Origin: Lama glama
Taxonomy: Eukaryota
Assembly (NCBI GenBank): GCA_028534125.1
Contig: CM052816.1
Location: forward strand, 16,370,001 to 16,434,000
Direction: 5' to 3'
Length of the DNA: 64,000 nucleotides
Of this stretch, positions 11,561 through 25,299 are shown piece after piece; positions within the stretch are counted from its first letter, which is position 1; each line of letters starts with the position of its first letter. Below the pieces are notes generated by a model. The model did not search any database. It was not told where the DNA came from and saw only the letters and a program-made list of their open reading frames with translations. A program made the translations under genes and the position numbers.

Positions 11561-13898
11561 ATGTTTGTGTGCTTGGGAGAAGGCACTGGAGAAAGGGAAT
11601 GGGACCCAGTGCCGGGGAAGGGCTCAGCCAGGAGCACGAGGACATGTACGAGGGGAGGAGGGCAGAGGACACAGGCACAGATGCAGCATTATCTGCAGTG
11701 AAACAGGCACCAAGGCCAGACTGGGAAGGAGGCAGAGATGGGACACGGGGGTGTGGAGGCGGAGGAGCAGGAAGGGCTGCGAGGGCAACACTGCACAGCA
11801 CCAGGCACCCCCGACGGTCCTGGGCTCGGTGACCCCAGTCAGAGTAGTGGCACTTTTCTACACCATACTCAGGAGACGAGAGTTCACTAGGGTTGTATTT
11901 TGCAAAGCAAGTACGAGGAAGTAAAAGGAGGCAAAGGAAGACTGATAATGACAGACTCAAAGCTAGAAAAGGAATGAAGCAAGGACCTAAGGGGCTGAGT
12001 GAGGGTTCCAAGTGGTGAAGCCCAACTGACTTAAAATCCTGGTGGACTCAAAGGACAGTAGGGAGTCACAGTACCAGAGGGAGTGAGCCGACCAAAGGGG
12101 GAAACCTCACACTGGGCTGACGCAGATACTGGTCATGTCAACGACTAGGTGAGCCTCCGCAAGTGAGGCTGAGGTTGGAGGAGGACAAGACATCAAGAAA
12201 CTAGGAGGCCTGGGGGCTGGAAGGATGATTTTTTAATCAAATCAGGACAATAAGGGATGAGTTAAACCCTGGCTGTCCACAGACCTGCTTTGCGCTTGCT
12301 CTGGGCCCTCCTGGCTGACCACACTCCGGGTTTTGTGTCACCAAGCTTGCCAGGCCTCTGTTGTACTTTCCCTCTAGCTACATGCCAGGCCCATTTCATC
12401 CCATTAAAACCGTCAACACTATCATGATTCTCAGAGAGATGGGGAACTTGCTCAGAGTCACAGACTTAAAGAGAACTCCAAGCTGCCCGCCTGCTCCCAG
12501 GATGTGGTTTCCTACAACCCTACCTGCTTCCGCAGAACAGGACCCTGGAATGTGTAAGCATCCTGCAGTACGCACAGTTTCAAAGCACTTAAACCTCCAG
12601 TGGAGTTAACCTCTGACACCCAACGACTCCTCTGTCATTCCTGTTTCCCCTTCACACCACTGAGATCTGGCCGCTGGGTTTAACTTTGCGTTCAACCGGA
12701 CCAGGCCTCACCAAGCATGGGTTGTTCTTGAGCACAGCAGCAAGGATGAAGAAAAGCAAAAGGCTCCACCAGCTCCCTCCCCCATCCATAGCATATCCAG
12801 GTGACCTGGGCCCGCAGGCACAGCCAGCAGCCAACCAGACAATCTGTGAACAGCTCTCTCTCCTCCTCACCTGAGAGAGGAGTGCTGTCTTGCTCAGGTG
12901 TTTCTACACTGCATACAAAATGGGTCCAGCGTGATGCAACTGCCTTAGAAATGGCCTCTGTTTCCAGCTGAGGGGGTAAAAAGTGGGACAGAACCCCTGC
13001 CTACTTTGGGAGGTTTTACCAGCAAACCACGAAGACATGTAAACGGAGCTCCCCTGACCCAACTAGATCGTCAGCATAGCAAAGCAGCCATCTGCTCAGC
13101 AGGCAGGCACTGCATTCCAACTGCCCACTCTGTGGCCAGAGCAGGGCTGGCCTAGGGTTGAGGGATGTCCAAGAGACCCCAGGAGAGCTATGCACAGGCC
13201 CTGCCTCAGCTTCCAGAGCAACATGCTCATGCCAGAACAGCTCGTGAGGGATCAACTGCTAGAGGAAGGGCAGCTCTGAGTCCCAGCCCAGCACCCAGAG
13301 GAGGGGGCAGTTTCTCAAAACCCCTTTGTTCACACCAACCCAAAGAGGGTCCTAGACTTTCTCTCAGACAGTGAGAACTGCTGCTCTCTCAGGGAGGATG
13401 GGTCAAATGGGGCCCAGAGTGGGTGGTGCTTCCATTCAGCTATGATGAGAGGGTGCAACACGTGGCCCTGAACCTGGGAGCATCATGTCCCCTCACCGTC
13501 AACACCCTGGGGTTTGAGCAGCCTGCCTGCCGGCCACCCCTTGAGAGAATGTAAAGAACAGCTTCAACCTGCGTTAAGGAAATTAACTGACAACTATTTT
13601 CTGTAGTTTCCCTCTAACTTACACAGAAGCCTCATACTTGTTGTGATTGTTTGCTCTGAAGTAAACCATCAAGGCCAACTCATACTAGCTCCCCTTCTCA
13701 GCCTAAGTTTGGGCTCTAACTTGCAACTAAAAGTCATTTTAGACAATGTAATTAAATATATCTCATTCTAACAGCTTTTAGATTCATGGTTTTAATATAC
13801 TGCCACTGCATCTGCAGAGTTCCAGAATGATGCATTGCCCAACTCTAGCAAATGATAAGAAAGAAAGCTGTTAAAACATCTGAAATGCAGTTACTCAC

Positions 13899-14050
13899 CC
13901 TTATCATCAACACCGCTTTCCTGATGTCCCGGATGCCATCGTACACCAGGCGTGAGGCATCGATAAACTCGTTCTCGTCCATGGGCTGGGCGGGGTCCGA
14001 ACTGAGGGCTTCCACAGCTGCTTCCACTTGCTCGGTAAAACGTGGCATGA
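13899..14050 (-). CDS. CTNNA1: CTNNA1 exon 13 (152 nt): (V)MPRFTEQVEAAVEALSSDPAQPMDENEFIDASRLVYDGIRDIRKAVLMIR
   Basis: ORF 13845..14099; CAG acceptor, GTGAGT donor. Confidence 0.97.
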
Positions 14051-14609
14051 CTGCGGAGGAGAGAGGCATGGCAGACGCTGCTGGCCCGGCAGACATCATC
14101 CTTCCACCAGCACCCCCTAAATCCCTCCGTCAGACAGAGAGGCAAGGTGTATGATGAAGAGCCCCTGCTTCTACCTCCCTAAGATTTATGGTTGAAATAA
14201 ATTAAAGGTTGTATTTTACAAAGACTCAAATCACCTTTGTCTCTGGCCAGATTCTGCAACATAGGATTTAGATGGTTGAGAATTTGAACTGGGATTAACT
14301 TGAAGCCTTGCAAGAATGGGACCCCCTCCCCTTCATTCAGGGTTTATTCACAAATAGGAAATAAAATTCATAAGTTCACCTTAAATAGTGAGTTGAGAGT
14401 TATTCCCATTATTAATCGTGGGACACACATGGAAGAAATGTGTCTGCGAGGCCTTAATTTGGCTGACCAACTTCTCACAAATCTGCTCTACCACCAGGAA
14501 CTTTGGTGAGACCCATGCTGAGTCCTGATGTCCTAATTCCTAACCACAAGGCCTGGCCACCAGACCACCTGTGTGTGGGGAGCACAGTTAAAGGAGGGAG
14601 TCCCCGCAC

Positions 14610-14810
14610 CTGTGTTGGAGAGCAGCTTGGTGGCTTCCAGCACCTTCTCTGTGTAGACTCCCGGCTCATAGTTGTCCATCTCTGAGGTGACTACGTGAAT
14701 GACCCGGGCTGCCCGGCCTCGAATGGCACCAGCTGTGCGGTCCAACCCATCCACGTCTTTCTCCTGGAGAGCAATGACGCATTTGTTCACATCTTCCAAA
14801 ATGTGATTCT
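14610..14810 (-). CDS. CTNNA1: CTNNA1 exon 12 (201 nt): (E)NHILEDVNKCVIALQEKDVDGLDRTAGAIRGRAARVIHVVTSEMDNYEPGVYTEKVLEATKLLSNT
   Basis: ORF 14533..14799; CAG acceptor, donor GTGCGG. Confidence 0.97.
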
Positions 14811-16007
14811 CTGAGGAACAAACAAAAAGCTGGATGACGGAGGCGGCCTTCCACTAGAAGAGGACAATTCTAAGTTGGCATCTTTCACTCATCCGGTGCT
14901 CACTCTGTGCCAGATACAGTGCCAAAAGCTTTACATGTATCATTTCACTGAGGAGACCAGATTAAATTCTGGATTAACTGCCCCACAGAAACTCAACCTG
15001 TAGTCACTTCCAAGAATAACAATCTTCATTCCAGGTTTAAAAGAGAGGCAGAGAGAAACGTCCATCTTTAAGGTAGGTTGTTCTGTAAGCCAGGCAGAAA
15101 ATTCAGATCACAGAACCCTTAATAATTTCTCTTTCCCTTAAATAATTTCACTGACCTTATACCCCCAAACAAAGTCTACATTAGAAGAAAAGGTTCACTG
15201 TAAGGCTTCATTCTCCCAGTCTCTCACCCCTCCCTCCAGTACATGACGGTGGTATTAAGACAACAACCAAGACACCAGGACAGCTCTGGACCAGGAGGTT
15301 CTAGGAAGCAGGTTGAAGCCTCCTCTGGAGGGTGCTGAGAGAGCCCACCTGAGGCAAAACATTTACTAGCCCACTCATGGGATGCAGATGGGCCTGTTAT
15401 GGTATTTGAGGAAACCCCTGAATCCTGTTAAGCTGACAAATGGCTCCTACCAGTCATACAGCTGGATTTGGAGGACCCAAATACTATTTTTCCTCAAGGC
15501 AAAAAGCTTGACAGTAGGTTTTAGGAACCCCAGAGTAAGAAGTCCACTTCAACCTCATCTATAATAGCAAAGTGGAGGCAACCAAAATGTCCAAGAGTAG
15601 AGTGGGTCATAAACTACAGGCTAACTATGCACCTGTTAAAATCAATGAGGTCGATCTGTAGGGGCCGCCCAGAATGGGAAGAGGCACATTCTCTTCCCAG
15701 GAGCTGCAGAGTTCACCAGCAGACAGCCGGAATAACAGGGCCACCCAGACTCCATGGGGTAGGTGGGTGAGGGACACAGTCCCCAGGTCATCACCTGCTC
15801 AGAAAGGAGCCTTCTTCCAGACATGTAAGAACTCTTAGAAGCAGTGTCTATTAAAGACATGCTCACTTCCAAAAACAAACAAACAAACAAAAAAAAAACC
15901 AGACAAACAAAGACATGCTCACTTCCTTAAACCAAGAGAGTGCCTGACATAACAGGCGAAAGACTGATAGTCCTAGTTCTTCTGAAAGAGTCAGAAACAC
16001 ATTAGAA

Positions 16008-16165
16008 GGGGGGAGGGTACAGCTCAGTGGTAGAGTACATGCCTAGCATACACAAGGTCCTGGGTTCAATCCCCAGAACTTCCATTAAAAAGTAAATAAA
16101 TAAATACACCTACCTACCTCCCCCCTCAACAAAAAAAATTAAAAACAAAAAAAAGAAAAAATTAA
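16008..16165 (+). mobile_element. tRNA-Ala-derived SINE (Vic-1-like), long-tail form
   Basis: A and B boxes, aataaataaa..tacctccccc tail, A-rich end; flanking duplication agaaacacat at 15993-16002 and 16166-16175. Confidence 0.9.
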
Positions 16166-16547
16166 AGAAACACATCGAGTCATTTCTTTGCCAGCCCTGG
16201 TCACCTTACACTGACATGTCATTATCCAGACTAGCTCCTGATTTAATCCCTCTCCAAAAGCCACTACCCTTCCCTCTGCTAACATACTCAGTCAAGTTAT
16301 ATATAACCCCATGTCTGGAAGGGTGATAGCAAGCTTGACCACTTTAAGATACCCCAAACAAGAAAGTGGTCACGATGCTACTTCCTCTCACCTCTAGGGC
16401 AGCCAGAGGCAAAAGGTACTTAGCAGATCTAGCAAAGAACAGAGCCACCACAGTGCCCTGCATTGGGCTTCCAGACCCCTGCACGCCCCAGGAACAAGGT
16501 CCTCCATTTTGCAGTTCCTAGGAGACTGCAGGCAGGCACTCGCACCT

Positions 16548-17240
16548 ATCAAACTAAACATACTCTTATCATATGATCCAGTAATCCCACTCCTTAGTAT
16601 TTAACCAAAAGAGTTGAAAACATGTCCACATAAAAACCTGCACACAGATGTTTATAGCAGCTTTACTCATAATTGCCAAAACTTGGAAACGAGATGTCCT
16701 TCAGTAGGTAAACTGGAAAACTGTGGTACATCCAGACAGTAGAATATTATTCAGCACTAAAAAGAAGTGCTATCAAACTATGAAAAGACATGGAGTAACC
16801 ATAAATGCATATTACTAAGTGAAAGAAGCCAGTCTGAAAAGGCTATATATGATTCCAACTAGATGACATTCTGGAAAAGGCAAAACTATGGACACAGTAA
16901 AAGACCAGGGGTGGCCGGGGAGGGATGAATAGGTGGAGCACAGAAGATTTTTAGAGCAGTGAAAATACTCTGTATGGCACTTAAATGGTGGATACATTTG
17001 CCCAAACCTACAGAAGGCACACCGCCAAGAGTGAAGGGCAGTGCACATCAGGGACTCTGAGCGGCGATGACGTGTCAGCACAGGTTCATCAGTTCTAACA
17101 ACCGTACCTCTCTGGTGGGGGAGTTGGTAACGGGAGGCTGCACATGTGCAGGGGGCAGGAAGTAGATGAAAAGTCTCTTCACCTTCCTCTTAATTTTGCT
17201 GTGAACCTAAAACTGCTTTAAAGTCTTTTTTTTAAAATAA
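16548..17240 (+). mobile_element. Old L1 (L1MB/L1MC-like) ORF2 end and 3' UTR
   Basis: catatgatccagtaatcccactcc..., tttatagcagctttactcataattgccaaaacttggaaa, ending gtgaacctaaaactgctttaaa. Confidence 0.8.
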
Positions 17241-17647
17241 AAACTAATCAATCAATTAAAATAAACATCATTTCAGGGAAAGTAAAAATACGGTAAGAAT
17301 TTCTACTACAGAAGGGAAAAATGAATTATCACAAGATAGCTAAGAAGACCGTAAGTTACCATCTACCAGTTAAAAACTGGCATACTTGCTGGAGTTTACA
17401 CCACTGTACTACTCAAAGAGAAAAATTATTAAACAAACTTTCTATATAAACTAATTTTAGGGAGAATATATGAACCAGTGATAAGAATCAATGGATTTAG
17501 AGCCCATCAGGAACATCTTTTATACCGAAACTCTTTACAGAGTAATTTAAACTAAACAGACTGGCACTGAGCCTGCCCACCATACTAGACCTTAGGTTAA
17601 AACCTGCTGCTTTCACTCAACCTAACATAACATTTGACTCTTGTATC

Positions 17648-17681
17648 AGGATAAGACAGGACAGGATAGGACAGGATAGGA
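17648..17681. repeat. (GGACA/GGATA)n pentamer repeat
   Basis: aggataagacaggacaggataggacaggatagga. Confidence 0.75.
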
Positions 17682-18871
17682 AAGCTGTTGCTAACTAAAC
17701 TATGAGTTAACGTTTTCTCATACCACTGATTTTAAGACTCATCCTGGTTTCAGGATTGTTAATACTTAGGGAAGGAAAGCACGTCTTAGAATCAATGAAG
17801 CATAATACTCTTTTTTTTTGTTCATTAAGGTGGCCCCAACTTCCACCAAGGATTTGTTCACCTTCGTTAGTCACGTATGTTTTTAAAACTCAATTTACAT
17901 TTTCTGGAATTTATACTTCCATTTATTCTTCCAAATGAACCCAAACCAGAGAAGGGCTTGCCATTCTTCAGCCAAAGAAGCCTTCTACTTCAGGAAGCTG
18001 ACTAAGGTAACATTCCCTACCCTCACTGGGAAAGCCCAACAGCTGAGGCCACTACACACCCAGGACATGCCACCAACTGGAGCCAAAAGGGAGAAGTGAG
18101 ATCCCACTGGATGTGTGCAAACATGGGAGGATTGGTGGTACCCATATTAATTTAAACCATAAGTTATTTTAGCTTTAACTGAATTTCCAAAGAAACTCAG
18201 CATGGGTCCATTATCAGTAGACATACCAATCTGTACCCTATTAAAAACTCTGATTGTTCAATACAGTCTTTATTTGTAGATACTTCTAACAGGAAAAACA
18301 CACACACACACAAAACAGTCTATCCTCAAGGATTATGGAAAATAATATATCTATTTTTCGTTTGAAAACCTTTCTAGGACTGCCTCTGCATATCGACCTC
18401 ATCCATTGTAATGGCTGCACAATACGCTACTGAAGAGATGGAGGGGCCATAATTCACCCACCCAGTCTCCTGTAGACATTTTGGTTGAAGTGAACATCCT
18501 TGCACAGGTATTCTGGCAAACATCTGTATACATATCCCTGGGGAAAATTTCTAGCAATGGGATTACTAAGTCAAAAGACATTATGTATATCAAGTAGGTG
18601 TATGATGCCTAACTGCTCTCCAGGAACCAAACCAACTGGCATTCTCCAGAAAGCCTGCGTGAATTTACACTTCAGTCCACAGTGCCCACTGGGGCCCTTT
18701 CTGGGTTCCCTTTGCTCTGGATATCTTTATCAGTGCACCCTTATGCACACACAGGAGAGGATAATATCAATGCTTTATATAGAAAACTTACTTGAATATT
18801 ATGGAAATATTCTGAGTGCTTGACATTTAACTCACTCTATAGTAGCCATTTCTTTAAAACCACTATTAATT

Positions 18872-18989
18872 TTTTTAACTTTTTTATTGATTTATAATCA
18901 TTTTACAATGTTGTGTCAAATTCCAGTGTTCAGCACAATTTTTCAGTCATTCATGGACATATACACACTCATTGTCACATTTTTTTCTC
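18872..18989 (-). mobile_element. 5'-truncated, relatively young L1 3' end with a 17-bp TSD
   Basis: T-rich tail and ttttattga...ttacaatgttgtgtcaaattccagtgt; flanks taaaa(c/t)cactattaatt at 18855-18871 and 18990-19006. Confidence 0.78.
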
Positions 18990-19006
18990 TAAAATCACTA
19001 TTAATT

Positions 19007-19090
19007 ACTGAGGAAACCAGGTACGAAAGTATTAAGTGACTTGCCCAAGGTCACACAGCTAGGAGGCATAGGAGTTAGAAATCAAATTAA
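19007..19090 (-). mobile_element. MIR fragment
   Basis: gaggaaacc...ttaagtgacttgcccaaggtcacacagctag. Confidence 0.65.
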
Positions 19091-22000
19091 CTTTAGCCCT
19101 ATCTTATCTTCAGTTTTGCCTTTCTGCTATTAAACCCAAAAAATTAAGTACAAAAATCCTTTTATTTAGACCCATCAGACTGAATTATTTGGCACACTGA
19201 CACTTAATAAAGAAGAGCACATATTACTACCTTTTTTTGTTGCCCTAAAGTATGTAATGAAATGTATTACTTGTTTCCAAGAGCATTTGGTAAAGAAAAG
19301 GAATAAACCCAATCAGAATCACTCTAACCACTTGTGACTCAAAAAAAAGGAACCAAACCTTCCACGTTTGAAAGTAGAGTAAACGAATGAGAAAGTAAAT
19401 TGCATTTCCATGGAAAATGTTTATCAAATACAATTCAAATGAAATTCAAACAGTCTTTATCACTTTGATAAATTTCAAACCACTGTCCTTAAGGGATCAG
19501 TCCATATAAATATACTTATGGTTTGCTGAATGCTGTCTAGCATCCTAAACCACCTCCAAGATTTACAGGGCAACACTCTGAATAGAACAGCTGGGGGGAA
19601 AAGCATGCCCTCTCCCTCTTCCCTGGGGTAGCTTGCAAGTCCCTCTCTATTTGCAAGTGCCACTGGCTCATATTTGATACACAGTGATTCAAGTTCCCCC
19701 TGCCCTGCAGCCTCATGAAATACTGGCACCAGGGTCTTAGTGGCTTCACCAGGTTATATACAAGATGACTATTTTGAGCCATAAATTTAAAATATGACTT
19801 GTGATAAGCATGAGGAAACTTCTGGAACCAGTCAGACAGAATACCCAGGAACAATGGAGATAAAGCAGCAGAGGATCCTCTCAGTCCTATTCCCTAAAGA
19901 ACATCCCCTTGGATGGAGTCTCATGAGTGGGCAGGGCTACAGCAAACATACAGGCCCCATGGATTCCAAGAGGGAATATGATGGTGGAAAGTCATTACTG
20001 GAAGTATTCCTCAAAATCTATCACCCTGCCAAGGGTCAACACAGCCCCCAGACACAGTAGAAAATCACCACTCCAAGGAGTCAAGCAGCATCCTTACTTT
20101 TCATTTGGCAAAATTTATGAAGTCCACCAACCTTAGGTCAGACTCTGTGCCAGGCACTCGCCTGGCAGCCCCTTACTCAGAAACTAGCCCTTCGTGCCCA
20201 AGGACTGACGAAGCACCACTGTGCCTCAGCACGACAGGAAATGGCAGAGGGGGCAGACCTCGGCTTCTGGTATAAAGACTGCACGCAGGGGCTGCAGATG
20301 ACCCCTGCTCTCCAATTCGCGTGGCACCTTTAGTGACACTGTACTTGCACAAGGGCCAAGGACTGGGGGCGAGTGGGGGCCTGCCCAGTGAAAAGCAAGA
20401 TTCCACTCAACGAGAGAGTCAGCCACTTCCCTACTGAAGCGAAGCTGTGTGTCAGGTGCCATGGGGAGACATCTCTAGTGCACCTACATAAAAAGTGTTA
20501 AAACTGCCACAGGTGAGGTAAGTGCACAATGAATCTGAATGCTAAAAATCAACTGGTCAACCCAGTAGAACTCTGCACAGGCCTCTACTTGTCTCCTTCA
20601 TCCCATGCCCCTAAAAAGCACACCCTAAAAAACAGTGGAATTGTGAATAACCGCCTTGTCCTGTTAATTACTTGACGGTGCTAAGCAAGCCAGGGACAAA
20701 ACGGAGAAACACACTAAGGTGGATCTCTAAAGTTCAGATGCTCTGAAAGCACCACCACTTTCTGACTGAGAGGATTGTTTGATGTTTTTATTTGCTAAAT
20801 AGAAACTGTCTAAACTCCTTTCCTTCAAGTCAACCCTTCTACTTTCCCACATTTGCATAAAAATTGAATACACTCACCAGACAAAAATGTATCTGTTGAA
20901 GAATCTGATTTCTCTTTACCTTTCTTCTATTTTATGTCATATACCCTAAAGATACTGCCTGGATCCCACTAAATGCTACTGCACAATCCCTTTTGTTCTC
21001 TGATTTGAGGAATGTTGCATGAGGGACATTGGATTCTATCACATTCTATTTTGCTGTTAAGGACTGAAAAAAATCCCTTGAGACCAAGCCTTACTTGGTA
21101 AGTAAGTTTAGGAATGTAATATCTATCTCCAGAGGGGGGCTTTGCATTTAGATTTCAAAATTTGTTGTTTGCTTAAAAGTGTGCTGTGAAGGTGGAATGT
21201 TTTTCTCTAAACCTATGAAAAGAATAATTCAGTACTTCACTGGGAAAAACAACAGAAGGCCAAGATTTCCCAAAAAAGCAATTGCTGCATTTTTGGCACC
21301 TGCAAAGATGTGTTTGCAAATGGGTTTCTGTTTTAAAGTACCAGCACCTGCAATCTGGCAGTCCTGCAGCAGCATGGTTCACCCCCTCATTTTGTAGTTT
21401 ACGGATTGCCTGTTCCCCATTCTCTGAAGTAGGGCCAAAGCTACCAATCCCAAGGAGAACTAGCAGAGACAGGGAAACATTGGTATGCAGAACCCACGGT
21501 CACCTTATATAGGTCACTGCTGGAGGACTGTGCTGTGCACGTACTTAAGCACCACTTCTGCTTCAAGCCCCATTGCCCCTCGCGTCTCCCACGTTCCAGA
21601 CTGTGGTTCCCTGGGGTGACAGGTAGTTTTAGCCCTACAAGTAGCAGCCACTGACTCTGCCCACAGCCACTGGCCTCAGGAAGCCTGGCACCTCCAAAGA
21701 ACAAGCAGTGCAGCCAAGGGCAGCAGAGGCCTGTTAAATGGAGAATGCATTTATACTTGCTCAACTCTAAGGAGATGGATGGAAATTTATCTCTGTGTGA
21801 TAAACAGTGAATTGCAGTTGACAGACATTTTCTATATGAATGCAATTTACTATGTCATTACCAGTTTATGTTTATATAATGAAATCAACTGTTTTTGTGA
21901 GGTGAATTACCCAGATTTATTTTTTGCAAGTTCATAATTAAATGGTACTTAAATATTTCCTCTCTGTTTTCTATCTGTGCATCATGCAGAGTCTTTCGAA

Positions 22001-22540
22001 AAGTAGGCAGTTAAACTATGATCATTTCTGAGAGAGAGAGAAAGAGAAGCTTTCCAAGGGGAATAATTTTTACAAAGAAACTAAAGTTGGTGATGTCAGG
22101 AATCCCTTCTAAATCTCACAGGCTCAAAACAAATAACTACAACATCTACCAGGACACAGGTCAGTGTTTTTCTAAACACAATAGCAGCAAGAAGGGTAGA
22201 TGGTTATGGCGTTTGTACAGGTCACAGTTGCAAGGTCTTATTCTACGCCAACAGGGAAAAACCTCTGCCAGCCAGCTTCTTACTTCATGCTTTTCAGATC
22301 AAGACCAGCCCCACCACAAGGGAGACAACTCCAATCCTGCCCCCCCATTGCTCAGGAGGCACTAGTAGCTTCTTTTGTTTTGTTTTGTTTTTTTTAATTA
22401 AAATGAAAACCAGCACAATATTACTGCTACAATGATTTACCTGCCCAGACTCAGGGGCCTTTTGCTTGTCCATTATTGTAACTTAGGCATAAGTAATTAT
22501 GCGCTTCCTCACAAACTTCTCTGGGGAAGCAGCTCATTAC

Positions 22541-22697
22541 CTGAGACAGCCAGGAAGTCATCAATGGAAGTAATGTCATCGACAGCATCTGTGAGAACTC
22601 GGACTTGTTTTTCCCACTGTTCTTTAAAAAGATCCATGTTCTCTTGGGCCAGTTTACTCTGTGGCTTTGCTGCTAAAGCCAGTGCAGCATTGATAAC
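22541..22697 (-). CDS. CTNNA1: CTNNA1 exon 11 (157 nt): VINAALALAAKPQSKLAQENMDLFKEQWEKQVRVLTDAVDDITSIDDFLAVS
   Basis: ORF 22509..22703; CAG acceptor, GTAATG donor. Confidence 0.97.
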
Positions 22698-23359
22698 CTG
22701 CAAAGATATTGAAGTTCACTGTTTACTCTTTCGGAGCCATGAAAATAAAATAGGTGAGACAATTTGGTCAGTGGAGGCTACAGCTTTGTCTCATGTGCAT
22801 TTCACAAGGACACACAACACCACACGTTCCACAGAGATGAAGGAGAGAAGTGTTAAACAACAGGCTTCATATGCGAATGGAGAAGCAGCACATTTGAAGT
22901 ACGGTAATACACTGGAACCATGGACAACAACAGAAGTATCTCTCATCTCTCCACTCAAATGACAGGAAATCTTCACAATTTTTGACATTATATTCCAGGC
23001 TTTTTCCTCTTCATATACACAAGTATGTGTGCAAAGTGAAAAATACACAATTAGAATTATATGCTATATAAAACTGACTATTCTGTTGATTCTTTTAGAT
23101 ACTGCTCTATATCATTAAATGTATGTTACAAACATTAGCTGTTTATTATTCCACCTTATAGCTGCACATCACTATTTTCTGCTTGTAGAGTATCAGTATT
23201 CTTAATAATCTTTGATGAACATCTGGCATTTCAGGTTTTTGATACATTATCAAAGTATACATATGAAAAATACATTGTATTCCAATTCCTGAAGTATATT
23301 TGACATATAACAGCATCACAGAAAGTGTAATATTTATTAAGCTTAAACGGTAATTTCTA

Positions 23360-23499
23360 GGGAGGAGGGCATAGCTCAAGGGAAAAGCACAGGCTTAGCA
23401 CGCACAAGGTTCTGGGTTCAATCACCAGCACCTTTGTTTAATAAAAAAAAAAAAAAAGTTTAATAAACCTAAAGGCAATTTCTTCTAAAAAAGTAGAAA
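23360..23499 (+). mobile_element. tRNA-Ala-derived SINE (Vic-1-like), diverged
   Basis: atagctcaag...ggttcaatc...poly(A); gtaatttct repeated at 23350-23358 and 23500-23508. Confidence 0.82.
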
Positions 23500-23514
23500 G
23501 TAATTTCTTAAAAA

Positions 23515-24365
23515 GCTTTACTGAGATATAATTCACTTACCAAACAATTCACTCATTTTAACTGCATGATCCAAAGATTTTTAGTGTATTTACAGTTTTG
23601 CAACCATCACCACAATCTTTTTTTAGAACATTTTCATCCCTCCAAAAAGAAACTCCGTATCCACTGTCACTCCCTATTTCCCTTAACCCTACCTCTTGGC
23701 AACCACTAACAGAACTTTCTGCCTCTATGGATTTACCTATTCTGGACTTTTTTCTATAAAATAAGTATGTCCTACAGAATGGAATATTAATATGTGCATT
23801 TCTGTAACTAGCTTCTTTCATTTAACATAATGTGTCAAAGTTCTTATGTGCTGTAGGATGCATCACTATTTCATTCCTTTATATTGACAAGTAATATGCC
23901 AGTATATAGATTTATCACATTTTATTTATTCATTCACCAGCTGATCGACATTTGAAGTCTTTCCACTTTTTGGCCCACGTGAATAAGCTGCTTCATATGA
24001 ACATTCACATACCTGTTTTGTTTCATTCTTGTGTACGTAAGTAGGAATGTAATTGCTGGGTCATACAGTTAACTTTATGTTTAACTTTTCAAGGAACTGC
24101 CTTACCATCTTCCCAAGCAGTAGAACCATTTTACATTCCCTCCAGCATGTATCAGGGCTCCAACTTCCCCACATCTTCACCAATACTTGTTTTCCCTTCC
24201 CCCTCACTTTTTTTTTTTTAATTATAGCCATCCTAGTGGGTGTGAAGTGATATCTCACTTTGGTTTTGATTTGCATTTTCCCGGTGGGCCATGATGTTGC
24301 ACATCTTTTCAGGTACTTATTGACCACTAGTGTATACTCTTTGGAGAAATACCTATTCAGAACCT
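23515..24365 (-). mobile_element. L1MB-like 3' region
   Basis: gctttactgagatataattcac..., attatagccatcctagtgggtgtgaagtga; ORF 24061..24447 contains an L1 ORF2 C-terminal relic (MQIKTKVRYHFTPTRMAII). Confidence 0.85.
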
Positions 24366-25299
24366 TTGATGTATTCACTGGACGCATGAATAATGAAACA
24401 GTACAAAAATGAGCTGAAAGAATAATTAGTAAGATTTCTGGGTACAAGGTCCTGACAGGTTATTGGAGATACCTGTGTTCATAATAATGCAACCTGGAAA
24501 GGGAAGCAAACACAAAAGGAAACTGGTAGTAGTCGAGATCTGGAAGAGGCAGAACAACCGTTGCCACAGAGTCATTTGGGCGTGCTACCTGAGGGGAGGA
24601 GTTTTGGATGTTTTTCAGTGCTGTAGAAATCACATGCCTTCGGGTCATGTGCATAATTCCCAATATACTGGAGGGGTATTCGAGAAAGAAGTTACCAGCT
24701 TAGCCCCCAAAGACTGCGGTTAACAAACTGAAGAAGAATCAGACCCACTAGACTAGTGCAGCTATTCCCCTTCCCTCCTAGACAATTGGAAGCAATAAGA
24801 CTACATAACGACGGACTCACAAGCATCAGGGACCCGGCGGTCCCAGCTATTAATAGCCCACTACTTTCAAAAGTGAATGGGTTTGGACAAAAAATTTTTG
24901 GAAGACAAAATATCCTGTCTTCCCCATGTGTTATACGGTGGCTCCCCTATATTTATCACTTCAAGGTTTCTTCTTTGCTTTTTTTCCTTCTTGCCTTCAT
25001 TTCCCACCAGGTGGTTGACCACTGTGGACTACTCTTCATTAGTTATCTCATTAATTCACAATGAATCAGAGTGGAGCTAGACCTTGTAAGAATATTTGGC
25101 TGAAGAAAATCCTTCCTAAGAGAGCCAAGTAAACATGGAAAGGGAACTAATTATATGTTTTAAATACTAAGATAATTTTCCATTACTAAGAGAAAACTGC
25201 TCTTGGTTCCATAATATCTTATACCATACAGTATAATGGAGGAAAAGCACCTCGTCTAAGGTTAACTTTCTCATTTTGATTACAAAACTGTTTACAAAA

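Noticed and set aside
11421..12011. 196-aa minus-strand ORF
   Set aside because: Non-ATG start, low-complexity composition, partly overlapping L2-derived intronic sequence, no recognisable domain.
22432..22962. 176-aa plus-strand ORF
   Set aside because: It is largely the antisense shadow of CTNNA1 exon 11 with no independent coding evidence.
24061..24447. 128-aa ORF as a novel gene
   Set aside because: It is a decayed L1 ORF2 C-terminal fragment.
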